Positions 28,800-39,776 of a DNA stretch of 64,000 nt are shown here, piece after piece. Source of the DNA: an uncultured Ignavibacteriaceae bacterium. GTDB lineage: Bacteria; Bacteroidota; Ignavibacteria; Ignavibacteriales; Ignavibacteriaceae. The number at the start of each line of letters is the position of its first letter. Positions within the stretch are counted from its first letter, which is position 1. The notes under the pieces are model-generated. The model saw only the letters and a program-made list of their open reading frames with translations, was not told the DNA's origin and did not search any database. Position numbers and translations under genes: made by a program. The stretch lies in the NCBI GenBank assembly GCA_963698205.1, contig CAVOPZ010000027.1:1742-65741 (forward strand), read 5' to 3'.

Positions 28800-31656
28800 A
28801 TGAAAAATTTGATTACAAAATTTCTGGTCTTATTTATTTTTTCCTTTTTTGTCTCAGCGCTTTATGCCCAATCCGGTGTTGGTAAATTAAGCGGAAAGGT
28901 CGTAGATGCTGGAACGAAAGAAGCTCTTATTGGAGCAAATTTAGTTATCCTTCAATCTCAGATTGGAGCTGCTACGGATGTTAATGGTGAATACTTTATT
29001 CTAAATATTACACCCGGCACCTACTCGGTTAAAGTTAGCTATGTTGGCTATGCTCCTAAAACACTGGAGAATGTTCGTGTTGTTGCCGGTATTACTTACG
29101 AGTTAAATGTTGAGTTATCAACAGACTTTACCCTTGATGAAATTGTAGTAATAGATAGAAAGTTTTTTGAATCTAAATCTACCAATACAGTTAAGGTAAT
29201 AGACTCAGACCAAATATCCAGACTTCCGGTAAAAGGTGTTACCAATATTGTTGCTTTAAATTCCGGTGTTGTTGTACAGGAAGGAAGCGGCGGACAGGAT
29301 AGAAATGCAACAATAAATGTTAGAGGCGGAAGAGGAAGTGAAGTACTATATATAATTGATGGTGTTCCTCAAAATAATGTGCTTACAAATACATCTTCAG
29401 CACAAGTTAGTGATAATTCAATTGAACAAATATCATTTCAGGTAGGCGGTTATGAGGCTAAGTATGGTCAGGCTCAATCTGGAATAGTTAATGTTACAAC
29501 CAAAGCCGGACAATCATATTATGATCTCTTTTCTGATCTTGTAACATCCTCATTTACGGACGATTACGGATACAATTTATATACGTTGAATTTAAGTGGT
29601 CCAATTATACCCGGAATAGATGATCATACACTTTTCTTTTCTGCTGAAAGAGGATGGTTACTGGATGCAGATCCTCCGGCAGTATCATTAGAGTTTCCAA
29701 GTATCAACAAAAGTACAACGTATCGAGAAGGAAACCAATCCAGCATATGGCGTTTTACGGGAAGAACAGCTCATAATCTTGGTAGTTTCAGAATTAATTT
29801 GGGTGCAAATATTAATATAAGAGACGGAAGACAATACATCCATTCATACCAGAAGAATAATGGTGCTAATAATCCATTTGTCCAAACCGATAATTATTCA
29901 TTTAGTGCAAGGATTAGTCAGACATTAAGTGGTAATTCATTCTGGAATTTAAATCTTGGATATAGAAAGTTTAATTCTGAACAAAGTCATCCGGTAATGT
30001 TAGATAATTTAAACTTATATGGTGATAGTGCTTATTTTGCAAATACTTTTGGAGTTACTTTAACAGGATATGGTACTCGAAATCAAATCAGTCCCATAAC
30101 CGGTCAAGGCACAACAACAGATGAAAATGGTGTGTTTCTTCCTTACGGCAGAATTCAAAATTATTACGGCAAAAATGAAAACGACGTTTTATCTGTTAGA
30201 AGCATCTTTTACATCGCAGATTGAAACTCATTTACTTGAAATTGGCGGCGGGTTCAATTTTAATACCGTTAGAAATTATGTTATTGGTCCTGTTGGATTG
30301 CAACTTCCTTCATTAAGGGATTCCAGTGACTTCCTAAGATATGAATACCAACAGCCTTCGTATTATGGATATAATATATACGGAACCAGCAAAACTGGTG
30401 GTGAAGGATTTGAAGATCCATATAAACCGGTTTTCGTGTTCGGATATATTCAGGATAGATATGAATTGGAAGATTTGGTCTTAAATCTTGGTCTGAGGGT
30501 TGATTATTTTGATACAAAGGCAGATATTCTGGCAAATCCAACACTTCCTTTTGCAAAAGGTTCTGACGCAGGTGACTTTGATGATGGTGATTTCGTTCAA
30601 AAAGATGCAGAATTTGAAATTTCACCAAGAATCGGTTTGGGTTTTCCAGTAACTGAAGGCACAGTCTTTCATGCTCAATTCGGAAGATTCATTCAGATAC
30701 CTGCACTCCAGGATTTGTATTCTGGTTATTATGATTATAAGGCTTTAATTACAGATGATGCACGTACTATTAATAATGGAGAAATAAAAAGTGAAGAAAC
30801 CGTTCAATATGAAGTTGGATTCAGACAGTTATTATCTGATAATTCAGCATTGAATCTCTCACTTTTTTATAAAAATATTAAAGGCTTAGTCAATCAGCAG
30901 GTAGTATTTTTCCAGCGTAGAGAAGGCGGAGAATTAAGCGAATATTATACGCCAACCAATACAGATTTTGGAACATCAAAAGGATTAGCTTTATCATTAG
31001 ATATAACGAAGCTAAGTTATTTTAATGTATCATTGCAATATACGTTTGCTATAGCTGAAGGTACCGGCTCTTCAACAAGTTCCAGCGGTACTGCCGTATT
31101 TAGAAATGTCGATAACGAAGTGCCAAAAGTAATTGCACCTTTGGATTTCGATCAAAGACATACTGCAAACGCAACAATCAATTTCTACGTTCCGGCTAAT
31201 GAATTAGGCTGGTTAGAGATGACAAGTGCTACATTCTTAATAAATTATTCAAGTGGTCGTCCTTACACTCCACTCAATTTCTTTGATATACTTTCAGGAA
31301 ATAATGGTGGTCCAAGTACAATTGGGTACATTAACAGCAGATTTTCACCAGGAGCTGTTAGAGTAGATTTAAAGTTAGAGAAAACCTTTTCTATAACGGA
31401 TAATTTATTACTTACTCCTTACCTATGGATCCAAAATCTATTTGATGCTGATAATGTTACTACTGTTTGGAGATCTACTGGAGATCCTTATACAACCGGT
31501 TGGCTTTTAACTCCGGATGGATTAGCTGCCTCTGAAAGAAATGGTGAGGGATTTGTGCAGGATTATAAATCACTTGAAAGAGATCCTGGTAACTTTGGTA
31601 TCCCAAGACTTATTAGATTGGGCTTCAAACTTAATTTTACCAAACTAAGTCTTTAA
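28800..31656 (+). pseudogene. TonB-dependent outer-membrane receptor with N-terminal CarboxypepD_reg-like domain. Reading frame broken once.
   Basis: ORFs 28800-30224 and 30121-31656 join across a +1 break inside 30185-30212 (T4 runs at 30187-30190 and 30207-30210). Evidence by domain: GKLSGKVVDAGTKEALIGANLVI...GEYFILNITPGTYSVKVSYVGY (CarboxypepD_reg); plug region VKVIDSDQISRLP...INVRGGRGSEVLYIIDGVP; C-terminal barrel ending in an aromatic-rich strand. Confidence 0.8.
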
Positions 31657-31685
31657 TCTAATATTGAATAAGAAGGATTAAAAAA

Positions 31686-34600
31686 ATGTTTAAAATCAGA
31701 AATAAAAATACAACCAGTTTTGTCATCCTCTTAATTTTAACCGGAGTCCTTTCTCTTGGTTTTATTGAAGGAGATAAAAATGGAAACGGCAGACTAAATA
31801 AAGTTTATAATAATACAGAAATTAAATCATCAGGTGCCGTTGGTGATGCATTTCGTTTTCATATTAATAATCTGAACATACCCATAAACAGCAGCGGTGT
31901 TATTGCTGATGTTAATCTCGCTCCGGAAGGATCTGAAGGTAAATTTGGCGTGGCATCATTCCTATTTTCTTCGGGTTTTATGATGAGCGGCTTAACAAAT
32001 AACAGTCTTTGGGCTTGCGCACAAGCAACTGCTTCGAGAGTTCAAAACTTTTTACCTGGACCCGCTGGCGGAAATAATGATCCAAGAGCTCAAATATATG
32101 TACTTAATCGTGAAGAAGGCGATTTCGTAAAGTCCTGGGATGATTGGAAAGTAGCAGTAGAACTTGGTGCAGATTTTTATGACGGTGATGGTGATGGATT
32201 ATACAATCCGATTGATAAAAATGGTAATGGCGTTTGGGACCCTGATGAAGACGCTCCGGATCTCATAGGTGATCAAACTGCCTGGTGTTTATACAATGAT
32301 GGTGTACCTGCTGCGCAGAGAGAAAGATTTTCAGGAATAGGACCCCAGGGCATTGAGATAAGACAAACTGTTTTCGGGTATAGTTCTAAAGGTGCTTTAG
32401 GAAACATTTTATTTGTGCGTTACAGATTGAAAAATGCCGGGACAGTTGCAGATCGGTTAGACTCAGTACTATTCTCAGTTTGGGCTGATCCCGATCTGGG
32501 AGATTTCAACGATGATCTCGTTGGTGTTAATGTTCCACTGAATGCCGGATTTACATATCAAAGAACTCCTGATGCTGAATACGGTTCAAATCCTCCATGT
32601 TTTATGATAGATTTTTTCTCAGGACCAAGAGCTTATATTCCGGGTGTTACTTATATCGACAATGACGGCAGTGGTGATTATTCAACCGGCGATACTCCAT
32701 TAGATACTGCATTTAGTTTTAGAGGTCTTCGGTTAGGTGTTGAAGAATCACCGGGAGCGATGAATTTACCTATTTCATCTTTTGTACATTATCAGCAGTC
32801 AGATCCCATTGTAGGTGACCCGAATACAGAAGATGAAGCAAGGGGATATATGAAGGGCTTAACTAAAAATGGGGATGAATTGGATCCCTGCACATGGAAT
32901 TTGGGTAATATAAATTTTCCTGGTTGTGCAACAACGGACCGAAGATTCTGGTATTCAGGCGATCCAGTGAAAGGTACCGGATGGTTAAACACCCGTGCAA
33001 CAGACCAAAGACAAATGACTAATACCGGTCCATTTACTTTAAATAAAGATGATGAAGTAGAGATTGTGGTAGCTTATGTAGTTGGGCAAGGTTCCGGTCC
33101 ATTAGCTAGTATTACACGAGCTATTGAGATAGATAAAGGAGCTCAGTTTATTTTTGATGGAAATTTTAGAGCCCCAATACCGCCTCCTACAATCAAGCCA
33201 ATTATAGCTGAAGGAGCAGATTATATTGACTTTATTCTTCCTGTTTCAAAACAATTTAGTTTTTCTGATAGAACAGATGCCTGGATTGATAATTTTCAAG
33301 GAATAAATATTTATGCGTATAAAACAAATAATACTCAGGATTTTATTGATGGTCAGGAGAATTCAAAATTATTCCGTCAATATCAGGTTCAAAATTTTAT
33401 AAAAGATTTATATAAGGAGAATGCAGATACTAGAGGTATAGAACTACTCTATCCTCAAACTGATTCGCTTTATGATTTAGATAAAGATGTTTACTCTGAT
33501 TCAACCACCGGCAGAATAAGAGTTAGAATCACACAGGATCCTTTTACCGGTGATAAGATAATTAAAGGTAAACCATACTATTTTGCATTTACTTCTTATG
33601 CGATTAATTATCTCTCTTTGGTAAATAAAGCTGCTCCTAACGATTCAAACGCATTTGGTTTACCTGGAGATTATTACCTTTCTTCTGCCGGATTTGTGAC
33701 TGAGGTGGAAAATAATCCAACAATTATAACTGTTGTACCGGGTGAAGATTTATATAGTCCCCCTGTTTCAGTTATTCCAAGTAATAAAATAGCTGGTCCA
33801 TCTTTAGGTATAGTTGGTTATGATATTGTTGATCAGTCTAAATTGACAAATGATGATTATCAAGTAACCTTTTTTAAGGATAATGCTTCCAGCGATTATA
33901 AAATGTTCTGGAAACTGGAAAACATTACAAAAGGTTCGGTATTAGTTGATACAGGGTTTAACTATCAATATGGCAATGATGGATTTGTAGCCGACCAGGT
34001 TACTGATGGATTTATTACAAAAATTGAAGAACAGGTTGCTGATCTTGCCCCATCAACTTATTCGCCTTCAGCAAATCTTTGGTATAAAGAATTCGATACA
34101 CTCCAGGTAACCGGTGTTTATTATGTGGGAAAAGATGTACCGGTTGGAAGTAATATAGAATCATTTCCTGATAAACAATCAAGCTATATCTCAGCAGACA
34201 AATTAAGAAAGGTTGAAATCAGGTTTGGAACTACCGGTAAAGCATATCGTTTTATTAATGGTTATAAAGGCGTTCCTCTATCAAATGGTTACAGATTTGC
34301 TTCCGCAATTACTGCCACCGATACTACTAACAGAGGTAAAATTAGTAACTGGGATGAGATCAACAATAGGGCAAATGGATTTGTGGATGTTCCTTTTACT
34401 GCCTGGGTTGCTGATGAAAGATATCCCTCGGATAAAAGACAATTAGCAGTTGGATTTGTTGAGCGTAGAAAAACGAATACGTTTCCAAAAGCAAACCCAG
34501 ATGGTATTTGGGATCCAAGCGATTCGCTTTTGGCTAACGGAGAAGTTATTGTCGTTTTTGATGCTGATTATGATCCTACAGGAAGTCAAATTGAAATTAC

Positions 34601-35255
34601 TGGTGGAGAATTTAAAGATTCTTCTGGTAACGTAATATCAACTGTTTGGTCAGATCTTTTACGTGCACAAACAGGAAATAATCTTCCACAGATTCCTGCT
34701 AATGCCGATGTAACTGATGAACAAAGATCTGTTTTTAATTCTTCCTGGTTAAATGCAATGTATGTTGTCGGATTGGAAAAAGTTGATGCTAATACATTCT
34801 ATAAAAATGGTGATATTCTAACTCTTCCACTTTCGGTTTATCCATATACGGATCAGGATATTTATAGATTTAAATCATCTAATGTGATACTTTCATCCGA
34901 TCAGAAGAAAGCTCTTTTTGATAAAGTTACAGTATTTCCAAATCCTCTTTTTGGCTATAATGTTGCAACAAGTTACACTAATGGTCCACCAGATGAACCA
35001 TTCGTAACATTTTCTAATTTACCTGAGATTGTATCAATAAAGATTTACTCTTTATCAGGTCAATTGCTAAAAGAATTGAACCAGGAAGATAAATCTTCGC
35101 CAACATCTCCGTTCTTGCCCTGGGATTTACAAAATGAATCCGGATTAAGAGTTGCATCGGGTATGTATTTGGCGATAGTCTCATCACCTGAATATGGTGA
35201 GAAGGTATTAAAATTTGCAGTAATAATGCCTCAAAAGCAGATTCCGAAATACTAA
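31686..35255 (+). CDS. 1189-aa secreted protein of unknown function with T9SS-type C-terminal domain
   Basis: Signal/TM N-terminus. Ca-binding-like DGDGDGLYNPIDKNGNGVWDPDEDAPD (about 32178-32262). C-terminal VTVFPNPLFGYN...VSIKIYSLSGQLLKEL...GMYLAIVSS resembles a T9SS CTD. No catalytic family recognised. Confidence 0.7.
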   Translation: MFKIRNKNTTSFVILLILTGVLSLGFIEGDKNGNGRLNKVYNNTEIKSSGAVGDAFRFHINNLNIPINSSGVIADVNLAPEGSEGKFGVASFLFSSGFMMSGLTNNSLWACAQATASRVQNFLPGPAGGNNDPRAQIYVLNREEGDFVKSWDDWKVAVELGADFYDGDGDGLYNPIDKNGNGVWDPDEDAPDLIGDQTAWCLYNDGVPAAQRERFSGIGPQGIEIRQTVFGYSSKGALGNILFVRYRLKNAGTVADRLDSVLFSVWADPDLGDFNDDLVGVNVPLNAGFTYQRTPDAEYGSNPPCFMIDFFSGPRAYIPGVTYIDNDGSGDYSTGDTPLDTAFSFRGLRLGVEESPGAMNLPISSFVHYQQSDPIVGDPNTEDEARGYMKGLTKNGDELDPCTWNLGNINFPGCATTDRRFWYSGDPVKGTGWLNTRATDQRQMTNTGPFTLNKDDEVEIVVAYVVGQGSGPLASITRAIEIDKGAQFIFDGNFRAPIPPPTIKPIIAEGADYIDFILPVSKQFSFSDRTDAWIDNFQGINIYAYKTNNTQDFIDGQENSKLFRQYQVQNFIKDLYKENADTRGIELLYPQTDSLYDLDKDVYSDSTTGRIRVRITQDPFTGDKIIKGKPYYFAFTSYAINYLSLVNKAAPNDSNAFGLPGDYYLSSAGFVTEVENNPTIITVVPGEDLYSPPVSVIPSNKIAGPSLGIVGYDIVDQSKLTNDDYQVTFFKDNASSDYKMFWKLENITKGSVLVDTGFNYQYGNDGFVADQVTDGFITKIEEQVADLAPSTYSPSANLWYKEFDTLQVTGVYYVGKDVPVGSNIESFPDKQSSYISADKLRKVEIRFGTTGKAYRFINGYKGVPLSNGYRFASAITATDTTNRGKISNWDEINNRANGFVDVPFTAWVADERYPSDKRQLAVGFVERRKTNTFPKANPDGIWDPSDSLLANGEVIVVFDADYDPTGSQIEITGGEFKDSSGNVISTVWSDLLRAQTGNNLPQIPANADVTDEQRSVFNSSWLNAMYVVGLEKVDANTFYKNGDILTLPLSVYPYTDQDIYRFKSSNVILSSDQKKALFDKVTVFPNPLFGYNVATSYTNGPPDEPFVTFSNLPEIVSIKIYSLSGQLLKELNQEDKSSPTSPFLPWDLQNESGLRVASGMYLAIVSSPEYGEKVLKFAVIMPQKQIPKY

Positions 35256-35312
35256 TGGTTATGGGGTGGTTACAACCACCTCATAAATTTGAAAATAATT
35301 AGGAGTTTTAAT

Positions 35313-36335
35313 ATGAAAAAGTTTGTAATATTTATTTTAATAAATTGTTTTGCATTTGCACTCTATGCAGGTGATGAATCACGAAAAGGGACTACCGGTG
35401 CTGACCATTTGCTTATTCCGGTCGGTGCAAGAGGTATCGCTACCGGAGGCGCATTCGTTGCATTTATAGATGGTATAGAATCTATATACTATAATCCTGC
35501 CGGATTGGATGTAACCAGCAGATCTGAAGCAATGTTTAGTTACATGAATTATATCGCTGATATAAACGTTTCTTACTTCGCAGCTTCAGCTAGTTTAGGC
35601 GATCTGGGATCCATAGGGTTAAGCTTAAAATCATTAGATTTCGGTGAGATACCAGTTACTACTGCTGAATTCCCGGATGGAAATGGTTCTACTTATTCAC
35701 CTGTAAACATGACTTTAGGATTAACATATTCAAAAGTGCTTACAGATAGAATCTCAATAGGTACTAATATTAAGCTTATTAATGAAAGTATCGAAAATAC
35801 TTCTGCTAATGGATTAGCTATCGATTTTGGAGTTCAATATAAATTCAATAGTCAGTTGTCTATCGGTGCTGCATTAAAAAACGTTGGTCCAAATATGAGA
35901 TACAGCGGGCCAGATATGCAAACATCAACTTCAATACCGGGTTCTTTTAATGGAACAGGTTCCGGAAGTTATGAAATTGTATCTGAAGAATTTCAAATAC
36001 CGAGTTTTTTTGAATTAAGTTTTGCATTTGCTCCATCTGTTGATGAACAGAATAGTATAATTGTTGCTTCAACATTTACGGCAAACAATGCACTGGAAGA
36101 CAAAATAAATTTTGGATTTGAATATGGTTTCATGAATAATTTCTTTGCGAGATTTGGATATAATCTGTCAGTTGGTAGTGAAACCAACAAATCAATTTAT
36201 GGATTTTCTGCTGGTGCAGGTGTTCAATATGAATTGGTTGAAAATACAAATCTTGTTTTTGACTATGCATACAGAGATGTTAAGGATTTCCCTACATCAA
36301 ACCATATTTTTACTGTTAAATTAGCTTTTCAGTAA
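35313..36335 (+). CDS. PorV/PorQ-family outer-membrane beta-barrel protein
   Basis: GTTGADHLLIPVGARGIATGGAFVAFIDGIESIYYNPAGL matches the PorV/LptO N-terminal signature. Alternating beta-strand pattern to a C-terminal aromatic residue. Start at MKKF (35313), downstream of SD AGGAG. Confidence 0.75.
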   Translation: MKKFVIFILINCFAFALYAGDESRKGTTGADHLLIPVGARGIATGGAFVAFIDGIESIYYNPAGLDVTSRSEAMFSYMNYIADINVSYFAASASLGDLGSIGLSLKSLDFGEIPVTTAEFPDGNGSTYSPVNMTLGLTYSKVLTDRISIGTNIKLINESIENTSANGLAIDFGVQYKFNSQLSIGAALKNVGPNMRYSGPDMQTSTSIPGSFNGTGSGSYEIVSEEFQIPSFFELSFAFAPSVDEQNSIIVASTFTANNALEDKINFGFEYGFMNNFFARFGYNLSVGSETNKSIYGFSAGAGVQYELVENTNLVFDYAYRDVKDFPTSNHIFTVKLAFQ

Positions 36336-36357
36336 AAATGTAAAAGTCATAATTTAA

Positions 36358-36389
36358 GCGTCTATTGTATTCAATAGACGCTTTTTTTT
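36358..36389 (+). terminator. Rho-independent terminator
   Basis: GCGTCTATTG / CAATAGACGC perfect 10-bp stem followed by T8. Confidence 0.85.
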
Positions 36390-36411
36390 ATTTAATGATA
36401 AAGTAACCAAA

Positions 36412-37780
36412 ATGAAAAAAATCATTTCTATCTTTTTTATCCTAAGCATATCAATCTTGTCTCAATCAAATTTTGATTTTGAATTTGATTATGCTCAGTT
36501 CGGGTATGATTCAACTTCGAACTATGTCGAATTCTACTACTCTTTTAATCAAACTTCACTTAAAGTTGATAACGAAAATTCACATTTAACCCTCGAAGGA
36601 CTGCTAAAAGTTTCTATTGTGAATACACAAACCGGTGATAGTGTCATCAACAATCAGTGGAAAGTAAAACATGAAAGTAGATACTTCATTAATCGGTGAC
36701 CAGATTCTTGTTGGCACCCTGGGATTTGTGATTCCTGCGGGCACATTTACTTGTCAGGTTCAGGGGTTGGATTTACACAAACCGGAAATGTTCCGAGTGA
36801 TTGAGGAACAGATTAAAATAGTTCCATACCTTAAAGGAGAACTAAGTATTAGTGACGTTCAACTTGCATCTAAGATGATTCAGGGCAGTGAAAATACAAA
36901 TTCAGTTTTCTACAAAAATTCTTATGAAGTTATTCCAATTCCAAATCTAGTTTTTGGCAAGTCTCAGCCAGCATTGTTTTTTTATACCGAGATTTATAAT
37001 CTGACGTCTTCGAAATTAAAAAGCGAACAATTAAAAATGAGTCAATTGGTTTATAATAGCAAAGGAAAACTTGTAAAGGAAAAATCAAAGTATCTATCCC
37101 GGAATTCTAATTCGCGAGTTGAAGTCGGTTCTCATATTTTGTCAAATTATCCAACAGATACTTATACAATGGTAATAGCTTTGATTGATAGTGCTGCTAA
37201 CCAGGGTATTTCAACAGCTAAAAAATTCTATGTATATAATCCTGATATAGTGGTTACAGATACTTTTGAGGTTGCTACCACATCCGTTTTGAGTTCAACT
37301 TTTGGTTCAATGTCTGAAGAGGAACTGGATGACTTGTTTGAAAAATCAAAATATCTTGCCGGCAAAAGTGAAATTGAAAAATTTGAAAAACTATCTAATC
37401 TTGATGGCAAGCGGGAGTTTATGTTCGAATTCTGGAAAGCAAAAGATGAAAATTCGGGTACTTCTGAAAATGAATTTTACAGAAAGTATCTTCAAAGGCT
37501 TGAATTATGTAATGAAAGATACACTTCAATGGGTAAGCAGGGCTGGAAAACTGATAGAGGCAGAGTTTATCTTCTTTATGGTGAGCCTACAGAAATAGAA
37601 AGATATCCCAATCAATTAGAAACAAGACCTTATGAAATATGGAACTATAATGAGTTAGAAGGTGGAGTGTATTTTGTTTTTGCAGATCTTACCGGATTTT
37701 CTGATTACCAATTAGTTACCTCGACCAAACGCGGTGAGTTAAGAGATGAGACCTGGCAAAGGCGGATCATCGTAAGATAA
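36412..37780 (+). pseudogene. GWxTD-domain protein (TIGR04514-like), secreted. Reading frame broken once.
   Basis: ORFs 36412-36699 and 36671-37780 join at the A4 run 36666-36669 (…NNQWKV/NMKVDTSLIGDQILVG…). C-terminal GWKTDRGRVYLLYGEPTEIERYP...YEIWNY...GVYFVFADLTGFSDYQLV is the GWxTD signature. Confidence 0.75.
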
Positions 37781-37788
37781 TTTTTTAT

Positions 37789-37816
37789 AGCCCCGTATAA
37801 AGGGGCTTTTTGTTTT
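37789..37816 (+). terminator. Rho-independent terminator
   Basis: AGCCCC GTATAA AGGGGCT hairpin followed by a T-rich tract. Confidence 0.8.
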
Positions 37817-37879
37817 GTCATATCTTATTAATAAATCAGATCATTTTACTATTTTTACACACCATTTCACCGGATTGAT

Positions 37880-38749
37880 TTGAAGAATATTTTAGAATAC
37901 ATACTTTTTATTTCTCTTAGCTTATTTGTTAGAATTATTGGTTTAAAATTTTCCAGGAGATTTGCAAATGTTCTTGCATTTGTGTTTTTCTATATTATCA
38001 GAATCCGAAAAGAAGTTGTTCTTGAAAATTTAAAATATGCTTTTCCCGATTACAGTGAAGAAAAGATTAAGCATACTGCGTATGAAAATTTTAAAAGTAT
38101 TTGTATTACACTTGTTGAAATACTTTCTTTGCCCTGGATAAAAAAAGAACAAGTTAATAATATTTTATTATTTGATAATCCAGATCTTTTTATTAATAAG
38201 TTTAAAGAAGGTAATGGATTAATTGTTTTATCAGGTCATTTTGGGAATTGGGAATACCTGGCAACATTAGGTGCTTATATCTTACAAGTTAAATTTCATG
38301 TTGTAGTTAAGCCTCAGCGAAATCCTTATGTTGACAGGTGGATGAATAGTTACAGGACAAAGTGGAACAACGAAGTTATAGCGCTCGGTCCTTCTATACG
38401 CAATGTTTATTCTGTTCTTATTAAAAGGGGAATCCTCGCTATGGTTGCAGATCAAAGGGGCCCAGAAGAAAGTATTAAACTGGAATTCTTCGGAAGAAAA
38501 ACTTCTGTTTATACCGGCCCTGCTATTTTATCCTTAAAATCTAATGCACCATTATTATTTGGAATTGCTATCAGACAAAAAGATTTTTCCTACAAGATTT
38601 TTATAACTGAAATCCGTCGTGATAATTTACCGGAGAATTATGATGAGAAAGTCAAAGTACTAAGTGAGAGAATATTAAGACACCTTGAAAACTTTATACG
38701 CCAGTATCCCGAACAGTGGCTCTGGATGCATAAAAGATGGAAACACTGA
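37880..38749 (+). CDS. Lipid A biosynthesis / lysophospholipid acyltransferase (LpxL/HtrB family)
   Basis: GHFGNWE catalytic HX4E-type motif, VADQRG, C-terminal YPEQWLWMHKRWK typical of LpxL-like acyltransferases. TTG start. Confidence 0.8.
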   Translation: MKNILEYILFISLSLFVRIIGLKFSRRFANVLAFVFFYIIRIRKEVVLENLKYAFPDYSEEKIKHTAYENFKSICITLVEILSLPWIKKEQVNNILLFDNPDLFINKFKEGNGLIVLSGHFGNWEYLATLGAYILQVKFHVVVKPQRNPYVDRWMNSYRTKWNNEVIALGPSIRNVYSVLIKRGILAMVADQRGPEESIKLEFFGRKTSVYTGPAILSLKSNAPLLFGIAIRQKDFSYKIFITEIRRDNLPENYDEKVKVLSERILRHLENFIRQYPEQWLWMHKRWKH

Positions 38750-38750
38750 G

Positions 38751-39776
38751 ATGAACCTTGAAAGAATATTATTTATACAAACTGCATTTTTGGGTGACGC
38801 CATTCTTGCACTTCCAGCAATACAAAAACTTAAAGAACTTATTCCTGATTCTTCAATCGATGTTTTATGCATTCCAGAAACCAAGGAAATATTTAGGGCA
38901 TCACTAAGTGTGGATAACACTGTTGCTATCGATAAAAAAGGAGAGCATAAAACTTTACTTAAAACCTATAAGTTTATTAAGCAGCTAAAACAAAATGGAT
39001 ACACAAGAATTTATTCATCTCATCGTTCTTTCCGAACGGCATTGATCATTCTTTTACTTGAAGTTACAGAAAGTTATGGATTTGAGAATTCAAGTTTGAA
39101 GCACGTTTACAAAAACCTAATTCCATATTTTCTTAATAAACATGAAGTTCAGAGAAATCTGGATTTGATTGGGTATGAATATGATGATGAAACCTGGAGA
39201 ATTATTCCGAAACTATCTTCAGAAAAAATTGTTAGTGAAAAGATTAAAGCTTTTTTAGGTCAGAATAATTTAGCTAGCGGATTTATTGCCATTGCACCGG
39301 GAAGTGTTTGGGCTACAAAAAAATATCCTAACGAATATTTTAAAAACATCGTAGAACATTTTATTAAAAATGGTGCAAAATTACTTTTAATTGGCGGTGA
39401 AAAAGATTATACAGATTGTTCAAGATTGGCTTCAGGATTTAATGGTAAAGTAGTAGATGCTTCCGGCAAATTTTCTGTTGTGGAAAGCATTGAATTACTA
39501 AAGGGTGCCAAATTACTTATATCAAATGACAGTGCACCAACGCATATGGGTATGTGTGCGGATATAAAAGTGTTAACAATTTATTGTTCTACGACCCCTG
39601 GATTTGGTTTTTATCCTTATACTAAAAAAAGTGCGTCAATAAGTTTTGATGATCTTAAATGTAAACCTTGTGGAATCCACGGGTATCACCATTGTCCTAT
39701 TAAAACTTTTGATTGCGGGATGAAACTTTTACCAGAGATTATAATTAAAAAAGCAGAGGAAATGTTACGTGATTGA
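38751..39776 (+). CDS. Family 9 glycosyltransferase (LPS heptosyltransferase-like, WaaF/WaaC type)
   Basis: ILFIQTAFLGDAILALPAIQKLK...IAPGSVWATKKYP...LIGGEKD...NDSAPTHMG...CKPCGIHGYHHCP. ATG at 38751, 2 nt after the lpxL-like stop. Confidence 0.8.
   Translation: MNLERILFIQTAFLGDAILALPAIQKLKELIPDSSIDVLCIPETKEIFRASLSVDNTVAIDKKGEHKTLLKTYKFIKQLKQNGYTRIYSSHRSFRTALIILLLEVTESYGFENSSLKHVYKNLIPYFLNKHEVQRNLDLIGYEYDDETWRIIPKLSSEKIVSEKIKAFLGQNNLASGFIAIAPGSVWATKKYPNEYFKNIVEHFIKNGAKLLLIGGEKDYTDCSRLASGFNGKVVDASGKFSVVESIELLKGAKLLISNDSAPTHMGMCADIKVLTIYCSTTPGFGFYPYTKKSASISFDDLKCKPCGIHGYHHCPIKTFDCGMKLLPEIIIKKAEEMLRD

Noticed and set aside
31686-35255. Idea that the 1189-aa protein is the T9SS sortase PorU, because it precedes a PorV-like gene and has the right size
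   Set aside because: There is no Cys at all in the C-terminal ~770 residues, where the PorU catalytic Cys would lie, and no His-Gly...Cys clan-CD signature is visible. Kept only as a positional analogy.
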